Assembly (NCBI GenBank): GCA_965113315.1
Contig: OZ220365.1
From: Podarcis vaucheri
Lineage: Eukaryota
Direction: 5' to 3' (one strand)
Length of the DNA: 64,000 nt
Of the stretch, positions 58,602 through 64,000 are shown in pieces; within the stretch, counting starts at the first letter, position 1; every line of letters begins with the position of its first letter. The position numbers and the translations under genes are program-made. The notes under the pieces are model-generated. The model saw only the letters and a program-made list of their open reading frames with translations, ran no database searches and was not told the DNA's origin.

Positions 58602-60632
58602 AGCTTTGGGTTCCCCCCAACTCTCCTTTTTCTGCCCTTATTTGCTACAAAAGCAACAGCACTCACAGCCCGAACATCAGAAATAGACAGGTCTATCACA
58701 GGATTTCTCTTTTACCTGAACAATTTCCTGTTGGTATGTTACAAAAAGTTCCTTGCTGATCTGTGGGAGGTAGAGCGAAGGCACAACTTCAATGTCCACA
58801 AAATCCTGTCCCCATGTTTTTGTAAAGAAATCAGATTCCCTTTTTGTTAACCGAGGATCATTTAGTGCTGCTGGGAGATTTACTTTGGAATGATAAATAG
58901 TCCATCTATGTTGATCAGCAACTAAAGATGGACTGTCACATAAACTATTAGGATCACCTGAAAGACAAAACAGTAACTTGAAAGAGGCATGCATTTTTTC
59001 CAGCAATGACAAGATAAAATCTGCAGCATAATTTAAGAATTAACTATACAAATAAATATCTTAAGGAGATATTACACTCTAATTATGTACTGCAGGACTG
59101 CTCTGCACCTTTGTGTTTAGACTGAAATATATCCATCTTATCTTAATATTGCTTTTAGCATTCAGGGTAGAACAGAAAACTCTGAACTCTCCAATGTTGG
59201 CAGCGAGGTAGCAGACAAATCTCCATGCAGCAGGTAATTTCAGGTATCAGAGAAATGAAGCGTATTAACAATTGTTATCTTTGTGCATTTTGCAAAGCCT
59301 CACAATGACAGACCTACAAATCCTCTACACACTGAAACAGTCATCATGTAATTTACTATTGTTTGCTCCTTTCAAAGGTACAAAAATAAAATAAAATAGC
59401 AGAACCGAAGAGTATAATTAAGAGAAGAATTAGAAGGCAATGCAGCATTTCAAGAGTTACACAAGCCTGAAATTGATTTTAATTGTTTTTGCTATAAAAA
59501 TAATCTTATTGAAATTGATTTACTGCTCATCCAGCATGTTCTTTTCATTCAAGCTCACATAGGCTATCAAGTTTAATGCAAATATCCAAAATTTAAACAT
59601 TTACTGTTTTTTTATGTCTGTAGCAATATGCAACTGTGCAATAAACAAACTAATGTCAATTCACTATTTAAGGATTGTATCTGTCTAAGTCACACTCAGA
59701 AGAGATCCCCTGAAATCACTAGAATGTAGTTTGTCACGTCCACAGAGTTCAACATGTACACAATGTGTATGTTTAACAGCATAAACTTTACCATGCCTAC
59801 CCTGCTAATGACAGGCATCTCTCCACTTACGCGTGTTCAATTCATGTATACACGCAGAGCTGGGAAATAATTAAATAAATCTATTTAATCTGCAAAAATG
59901 TGTGAAAGGGGAGGCCTGTGGAGAGTTGGAGTTTGAGAAAAGAGGTTTGGAGGGAGCGATTGTGCTGGTGTTTGGTTTTTTAGATGGTGTTCCCCACTAT
60001 ACATGATTTCATGTGTACCTGTGGTACCTGGGAACATAACCCTCATTTAAGTGGGGACACGCGTGTATCAAACATAGATCTCCGTTTCCATGAGATATGG
60101 TGTGTGTATGGGGAGAGGGAGAGGAAGAGGGGGGGGTGGAGAGAGAGAGAGTTAAGGGTAAGGGTCTAGACCTAGTAACTTTGAGATCCTACCTGGCGCC
60201 TTCATTATACATCTTTAGGTGCCAGGAAAAAATGTTCCTCTTCAACCAGCCCTTTGGTTGATTAACATTCTATGTCCTTTTAAATGTGTTTGTGAGAGGA
60301 GGGTTATTGGTGTGTTTTGTTTTTGTTTTTGTTTCTTTATTTTGTTTTTATGCTGTATGTATGAATGTCTGTATTAAATTTGTATACAAATTTAATACAT
60401 ACATACTGTAATGTGGCACTCAACAGTTTTTCAATGGGGTAACGTGGCACTTAGCCTGGAAAAAAAGTTAAAGCCAATTTTGTTAGAGACACTTACCTGT
60501 TGGTTCCTTGGGACATACATCTGGCAGCGACTGCACTGGTCGAAAGCGTTTGGCAGAATCCACTTCCCTTTTAATGAAAGTATCACTGCTCTTTGATGGA
60601 GGCACTGGTGAAGACCGGTGGCTTGAGGCCAT
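28615..60632 (-). CDS. VPS54: Vacuolar protein sorting-associated protein 54 (GARP subunit), spliced gene span: 22 coding exons, 2934 nt = 977 aa
   Basis: All exons are GT-AG with consistent phases. The product runs MASSHRSSPVP...LDLNMAEIWEQKR*, the same length I recall for human VPS54, and Leu967 (the mouse wobbler site) is retained. Confidence 0.99.
28880..29108. mobile_element. Tc1/mariner MITE
   Basis: TIR GGTGGCCCAAAAGTAGGTATAC / GTATACCTACTTTTGGGCCACC with TA flanks. Confidence 0.85.
29476..29570 (-). CDS. VPS54: VPS54 exon 22 (MLFLRINASYKLHLKRQLAHLNVVNDGGPQN)
   Basis: ctctag|A, GG|gtatgt, 95 nt. Confidence 0.97.
31646..31753 (-). CDS. VPS54: VPS54 exon 21 (YEVKAPVPSTCFRNICKQMAKMHEAIYDLLPEEQTQ)
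   Basis: taacag|T, CAG|gtgaac, 108 nt. Confidence 0.97.
32870..32940 (-). other. Diverged duplicate of the VPS54 exon 19 3' end plus donor site, within intron 20
   Basis: Aligns to about 35943-36012: 33/39 nt identical in the exon part and about 30 nt of nearly identical intron. Confidence 0.9.
33061..33141 (-). CDS. VPS54: VPS54 exon 20 (DYHDHIAEISAKLVAIMDSLFDKLLSK)
   Basis: tttcag|G, AAG|gtaaat, 81 nt. Confidence 0.97.
33539..35562. mobile_element. About 2-kb non-autonomous hAT element with nested insertions
   Basis: TIR CAGTGGTTC(A/C)CAATTAG / CTAATTGGGAACCACTG; TSD TTCTATAT/TTCTAGAT. Confidence 0.75.
34668..34992 (-). mobile_element. Sauria SINE
   Basis: Reverse complement of the 12836 copy, with (TAAAGG)n tail. 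Confidence 0.9.
35974..36095 (-). CDS. VPS54: VPS54 exon 19 (ALSSRCLQLIVHYIPVIRAHFEARLQPKQFSMLRHFDHITK)
   Basis: tcacag|C, AAG|gtattt, 122 nt. Confidence 0.97.
36482..36569 (-). CDS. VPS54: VPS54 exon 18 (YFNSRSCQLVLGAGALQVVGLKTITTKNL)
   Basis: tctcag|T, G|gtacgg, 88 nt. Confidence 0.97.
37615..37720 (-). CDS. VPS54: VPS54 exon 17 (TVLLLIRIILEYCQC...LSDLLK)
   Basis: ttgcag|G, AAG|gtacag, 106 nt. Confidence 0.96.
38264..38822. mobile_element. hAT (Charlie-like) MITE with a GC/CpG-rich, gene-like interior, copy 2
   Basis: Same TIRs; perfect 8-bp TSD GTTTAGAT; about 96-97% identical to copy 1 by eye. Confidence 0.93.
39660..39723 (-). CDS. VPS54: VPS54 exon 16 (APEERKPTDFLVVDGQKYAVVG)
   Basis: ttttag|C, GG|gtaaga, 64 nt. 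Confidence 0.95.
41038..41150 (-). CDS. VPS54: VPS54 exon 15 (LLLDNERWKQADVPAEFQ...PEKKTG)
   Basis: aaatag|C, G|gtgagt, 113 nt. Confidence 0.96.
42121..42302 (-). CDS. VPS54: VPS54 exon 14 (DGFLEKLNSTEF...FHEERKTKL)
   Basis: atttag|G, AG|gtatct, 182 nt. Confidence 0.96.
42643..42772 (-). CDS. VPS54: VPS54 exon 13 (IGEDIKLSELE...KFLMARAK)
   Basis: tttcag|G, AAA|gtaagt, 130 nt. Confidence 0.96.
43130..43461. mobile_element. hAT MITE
   Basis: TIR CAGGGGTCTGCAACC / GGTTGCAGACCCCTG; perfect TSD GTATACAC. Confidence 0.92.
44804..45144 (-). CDS. VPS54: VPS54 exon 12 (ATLNVIRRVVL...HEGMFISDAF...PGGIDI)
   Basis: tcttag|G, AT|gtaggt, 341 nt. Confidence 0.96.
45880..46131. mobile_element. Tigger-like MITE family C-related
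   Basis: TA|CAGTCATACCTCGGGTT...AACCCGAG..TCCACTG|TA. Confidence 0.8.
46621..46717 (-). CDS. VPS54: VPS54 exon 11 (LADQMRMMNFPQWFDLLKDIFS...RIK)
   Basis: tcatag|A, AAG|gtaaga, 97 nt. Confidence 0.96.
47064..47336 (-). mobile_element. Sauria SINE, 5'-truncated
   Basis: Reverse complement of the SINE core and tail. Confidence 0.87.
47830..48075. mobile_element. Truncated end of the same hAT family as 33539, inverted
   Basis: Reverse complement matches about 33539-33740 (TIR, GAGGACCCCCTATTTTT, AAAATTTGTGATATTACC). Confidence 0.7.
48405..48460 (-). CDS. VPS54: VPS54 exon 10 (CVVNTVSQIEEIDTDVVV)
   Basis: ttgcag|T, AA|gtaagt, 56 nt. Confidence 0.95.
49000..49243. mobile_element. hAT MITE (older)
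   Basis: Degenerate CAGGGGT..GCAACC TIRs; TSD GCCTACAG/GCCTATAG. Confidence 0.8.
50028..50135 (-). CDS. VPS54: VPS54 exon 9 (ERLVSLVFGLLKQRKLNF...KNIIKQ)
   Basis: aaatag|G, CAG|gtaatt, 108 nt. Confidence 0.96.
50678..50804 (-). CDS. VPS54: VPS54 exon 8 (HLGSQLCELEK...CQILEE)
   Basis: caacag|G, GAG|gtacag, 127 nt. Confidence 0.96.
51404..51851 (+). repeat. 448-bp segment duplicated at 13193-13640 (likely source copy)
   Basis: Base-by-base identity with 13193-13640. Confidence 0.95.
52513..52898 (-). CDS. VPS54: VPS54 exon 7 (LSHYLDIVEVNIAHQISLRS...LQGIHSF)
   Basis: cttaag|C, CG|gtaggt, 386 nt. Confidence 0.98.
53100..53663. mobile_element. pogo/Tigger-like non-autonomous element with a GC-rich interior
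   Basis: TA|CTGTATTTTTC.C..TATAGGACGCAC ... GTGCATCCTAT.G.GCGAAAAATACGG|TA. Confidence 0.82.
53928..54092 (-). mobile_element. CR1 LINE 3' end fragment
   Basis: AGAATCATAGAGTTGGAAGGGACC... reverse CR1 tail; a short similar piece lies at 31786-31843. Confidence 0.72.
54797..54834. repeat. (AAAT)n microsatellite
   Basis: Direct reading. Confidence 0.95.
55362..55493 (-). CDS. VPS54: VPS54 exon 6 (IFLKPDFALED...SSKLLQEK)
   Basis: tttcag|A, AAG|gtaaat, 132 nt. Confidence 0.97.
56031..56065 (-). CDS. VPS54: VPS54 exon 5 (DKSRTDLEQVPK)
   Basis: ttttag|A, AAG|gtatga, 35 nt. Confidence 0.95.
56414..56455. repeat. (TC)n microsatellite
   Basis: Direct reading. Confidence 0.95.
56847..56925 (-). 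CDS. VPS54: VPS54 exon 4 (REKIHERCKTICPAKDTFDRTLLHTH)
   Basis: ttgtag|A, G|gtaggt, 79 nt. Confidence 0.96.
57060..57301 (-). mobile_element. tRNA-derived squamate SINE (Squam3/CORE-like)
   Basis: - strand head AGAGCCAGTGTGGTGTAGTGGTTAAGAGC and B-box GGTTCGCGTC; older relatives near 38860-39050, 41640-41830 and 54590-54800. Confidence 0.72.
58549..58601. repeat. (TTTC)n microsatellite
   Basis: Direct reading. Confidence 0.95.
58716..58957 (-). CDS. VPS54: VPS54 exon 3 (GDPNSLCD...VNLPAALNDPR...QQEIVQ)
   Basis: tttcag|G, CAG|gtaaaa, 242 nt. Confidence 0.97.
60497..60632 (-). CDS. VPS54: VPS54 exon 2 coding part (MASSHRSSPVPP...VCPKEPT); likely acceptor at 60658
   Basis: gcaATGG start context, G|gtaagt donor, 136 nt. 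Confidence 0.95.
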
Positions 60633-60841
60633 TGCATATAGTCACCACTGGTTAAGTACTGAATTAAAAAGAGATAACATGTATTCATAAACATCTTTTT
60701 AGATATTATGGCAGGCTGATGGCAATTATAATATGACAACCCAGTTATAGAAACTGAAAGTTAAGGTAAAAAAGGAGATAAAATGGTTTAGGAAAATGTA
60801 ATGAGACAACACCATACAGTCTTCTTTATTTTTAATGAATA

Positions 60842-61131
60842 CAGTGGTACCTCGGTTTTCAAACATAATCCATTCCAGAATGAATGAATACAGTGGTACC
60901 TCGGTTTTCAAACATAATCCATTCCAGAAGACCGTTCAAGTTCTGAAACATTCGAAAACCGAAAACTCAATAGCCAACAGCTAGGCCTCAGGATCTTGCA
61001 CTCAGGGGAAGCCGCGTTTCTGTTCAACTTCTAAGGCATGTTCAAAAACTGAAGCATTTACTTCCAGGTTTATGGCATTCAAAAACTGAAATGTTCATCA
61101 ACGGAAACGTTCAAAAACCGACATACCACTG
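60842..61131. mobile_element. Tigger-like MITE with a tandemly duplicated left end (49-bp period)
   Basis: TA|CAGTGGTACCTCGGTTTT at 60842 and again at 60891; right end AAAACCGA.ATACCACTG|TA. Confidence 0.82.
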
Positions 61132-61744
61132 TATTTTTTTCTTTCTAGGAAAAGTTTTGAGTATATGCTAACAATAAACTCATGGCTTAATGCCACTGAA
61201 GTCAATGGACTATTTGTTTTCTTATATTGATGATTTCACATTCTTGTGCAACTATATCTACCAGTACAGTAAGAAGAGATCAAGGATATAAACCTTCATA
61301 AACCCTTTTTCTTCAACTAGTCTTCATCTAGTTCACTGAATGCAACCAGGTTCTACCTTCCTGTAGAATTTTCTAAGATGCAAATGCTGATTAACTGAAC
61401 ATAAATCATCAATTTGTGATTACTGTACACAGATACCAACATGCTAGGGAAGAGACAGGTGGGATAAGCAGGCTTTGTAAGATATTCTGGAAAAAGTATA
61501 ATGCTTTTGCTTTCAACTTCCTTGTCGTCATCTTCCTCCTCTCCCTTCTACCACGCACAATCACCTTATTCCCTGCCAAAGGTGAAAAGCTTAATTTCAG
61601 TAACAAAACAGAAACATAACAGGAAGAGTAAATGTTTCTAGTTGAAGTCATCTCACTAGACCAATAAACCAGTCCTAAATCAGCAGCAACATGATGCCAC
61701 ACTAAATTATTCACAGCTAACAGCTATTTGAGTATAGTCATAAA

Positions 61745-61897
61745 TTTAGCATCAGTTGGTTAGAGCCTGGAGCTGAGAACACCAAGGTTGCAGGTTGGAT
61801 CCCTATAAAGGACAGCTGAATATTCCTGCACTGCAGGGACTTGGACTGGATGGCCCTCGGGGTCCCTTCCGACTCTACAATTCTATGATTCTATGAT
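61745..61897 (+). mobile_element. tRNA-derived SINE with a CR1-like 3' tail
   Basis: Head resembles tRNA-Ile (CAGTTGGTTAGAGC...CCAAGGTTGCAGGTT.GATCCC); tail GGTCCCTTCC..CTCTAC(ATTCTATG)n; a related tail lies at about 3145-3228. Confidence 0.75.
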
Positions 61898-62371
61898 CTT
61901 ATAAATAACTAACCTCGGCAAGCCACTGTACACACCAGTCTATTCACACAACAACAAAAAGAACAAAATGTCACAATTCCTAATTGCTCTAGTAAAATAG
62001 TATCAAAAGGGAAAATATCAAAGTGTGCTCCATAATTAGCAATTACGTGGTGAAAATCATTCCCGTTACATCTTAGACCTGTGCAGTACATTCAAATTAA
62101 CTGTTTGTGAAGAATGGCCCCACCTTATTAACTAAGATGCTTCCTCATATTGCAATGTTAAGTTTTCTAATTTAGATAACAACAGCATCCTTCTGAATTT
62201 AGTGAATATTTTTTTTAAAATATGCAGTAATGCACAAGCCTTCCAATTCAAATCTCATCACAAAGTAAAAGTGAAATGAACACAAAACAAAACCTCACAA
62301 GAAAATCTGAAGTATCACCAACAAAAAAGTACTTTAATTGCACTCCTACATTAGACTGCAATTGTATCCTG

Positions 62372-62569
62372 CAGTCATACCTCAGGTTGCGTCCATTTGA
62401 GGTTACGTGTTTTCGTGTTGTGTCCCGCAGCAACCAGGAAGTACCAGAACGGGTTACTTGTGGGTTTCGCCACTTGCGCCTGCACAGACACAGCACTTCA
62501 ACTTGCATCAGTTCCGTGTTACGGACAGGCCTCCGGAATGGATCCCGTCCGTAACACGAGGTTCCACTG
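62372..62569. mobile_element. Tigger-like MITE family C-related
   Basis: CAGTCATACCTC...GAGGTTCCACTG|TA. Confidence 0.78.
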
Positions 62570-63043
62570 TACTTCTACATAGATGCAGAAACTATAGCTT
62601 ACATTCATGGGCATATCCTGGATTTTTGTTGGGGTGGGCAGGCTTTGTTGGGGGGAAAGGCTTTTGTTAGGGGGGCAGATTTGCACTGGTTTTTTATTGA
62701 TTTGGGGAGGGAACTGCCCCCCTGCCCCCCTTTCACTACATCCATGCTTAAGGTAGGCATTGATATGGCTCCAGAAACTAAAATATGAACCTGGATTAAT
62801 CACAGCTCATATAATAAACTTTGTTGAACATTTATTTTTATTATATCTCCACCTGTCATTACATTTTCACTGGCAAGGTTAACATACAAATGTTCCAGTT
62901 TTAACATTTGGAAGATCTTTTTAAAAACTCACATTTCAGTGCCTGAAAATGATTCATGTTGATATTACTTCACTCACTGATGTAATAACAGTAGTCTGTC
63001 AAATTTTAGATCAATTAAATTAACCTAATACTGATCTAAGCTA

Positions 63044-63368
63044 CAGTGGTGCCCCGCAAGACGAATGCCTCGCAAGACGGAAAACTCGCTAGACGAAAGA
63101 GTTTTCCGTTTTGGAGGTGCTTCGCAAAACGAATCTCCTATGGGCTTGCTTCGCAAGACGACAATGTCTTGCGAGTTCCTGTGGGTTTTTTCCCTTCCCC
63201 CCCTTTTCTAAGCCGCTAAGCTGCTTATCAGCTGATCCGATAAGCCGATAAGCCGCTAAAAGCCGCTAAAAGCGCTAATCCGCTAATGGGCTTGCTTCGC
63301 AAGACGAAAAAAACGCTAGACGAAGAGAATCACAGAACGGATTCTTTTCGTCTTGCGAGGCACCACTG
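63044..63368. mobile_element. Tigger-like MITE family B
   Basis: Same TIRs and interior, TA flanks; internal AAGCCGCTA repeats vary in number between copies. Confidence 0.88.
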
Positions 63369-63708
63369 TACGTCTTAATGAAACACATTGCCGTTATTGC
63401 AGGCAAAGCATCTGGAATCCACAGGCAAATATACATAAATAATCCCAAATAAATTCCCTGAAATTCAGGGACTCCTTGCTTATTCCAAAGCGCACAGTTT
63501 CAGTAAATGCAATAATTGCCCTTGTCCGAGTCAAGAAAGCAAGTAAGAGCTGTCTGCACACCCAAACTTCCAAAGAGCTCTGAGCTAGCTGAAGCCAAAA
63601 TGTTTTACCCTGAAAGTTCCCCATACTGCTTAATTTAAACTGTTTATAAAGTATATATGAACAGTATACAAGACACAAGTTCCTAAATTTAACCTGCAGG
63701 ATTACTCA

Positions 63709-63740
63709 TTTGTTTGTTTGTTTGTTTGTTTGTTTGTTTG
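63709..63740. repeat. (TTTG)n microsatellite
   Basis: Direct reading. Confidence 0.95.
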
Positions 63741-64000
63741 AATTCATTGCAGGGTCTAGTATGCTTACATGTCAAATAGGTAGAATAGAAGCTAAATCAA
63801 ACTAAATAATAATAATTGCTTTTGGCTGGGTCAGAAGGTCTTCTTGACTCAGATCTCTCAATCCATCAATGATCATAGTCAATGAATGTTGATAAATTGG
63901 AAAGTTGTGGAAGGCTGGAATATGTATTTCACTGAGATGGGGGATAGCAAATGTGAAATAGTAACCTCTGGATAAATAAGCCCTTCATTGGTCTGCAACA

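Noticed and set aside
61745-61825. tRNA-Ile-like sequence
   Set aside because: Degenerate stems, directly fused to a CR1-like tail: a SINE head, not a tRNA gene.

Overview
Vertebrate nuclear DNA, almost certainly a squamate (lizard): it carries Sauria SINEs, tRNA/CR1-tail SINEs and non-mammalian L1/L2 fragments. Two intact, convergent protein-coding genes were reconstructed exon by exon with GT-AG junctions and consistent phases. UGP2 (UDP-glucose pyrophosphorylase, + strand) has exons 2-10 at 6133-26680 and gives 497 aa from the ATG at 6147; exon 1 is not identified in the window. VPS54 (GARP complex subunit, - strand) has 22 coding exons at 60632-28615 and gives 977 aa. Their likely poly(A) signals are only about 110 bp apart. 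Introns are dense with non-autonomous DNA transposons (Tc1/mariner-pogo type with TA duplications, hAT type with 8-bp duplications), SINEs and LINE fragments. No novel multi-gene system is evident. The most notable unexplained structures are: (1) a diverged duplicate of the 3' end plus donor of VPS54 exon 19, sitting in intron 20 with its own acceptors (candidate in-frame or poison cassette exon); (2) a two-copy hAT MITE whose interior looks like a captured CpG-island/first-exon fragment with GC-box and CRE motifs; (3) a 448-bp identical copy of VPS54 intron 7 sequence inserted 38 kb away in UGP2 intron 4; (4) an L1-like fragment with 5'-inversion geometry. Gene identities and exon numbers rest on my recall of the human orthologues, not on a database search.
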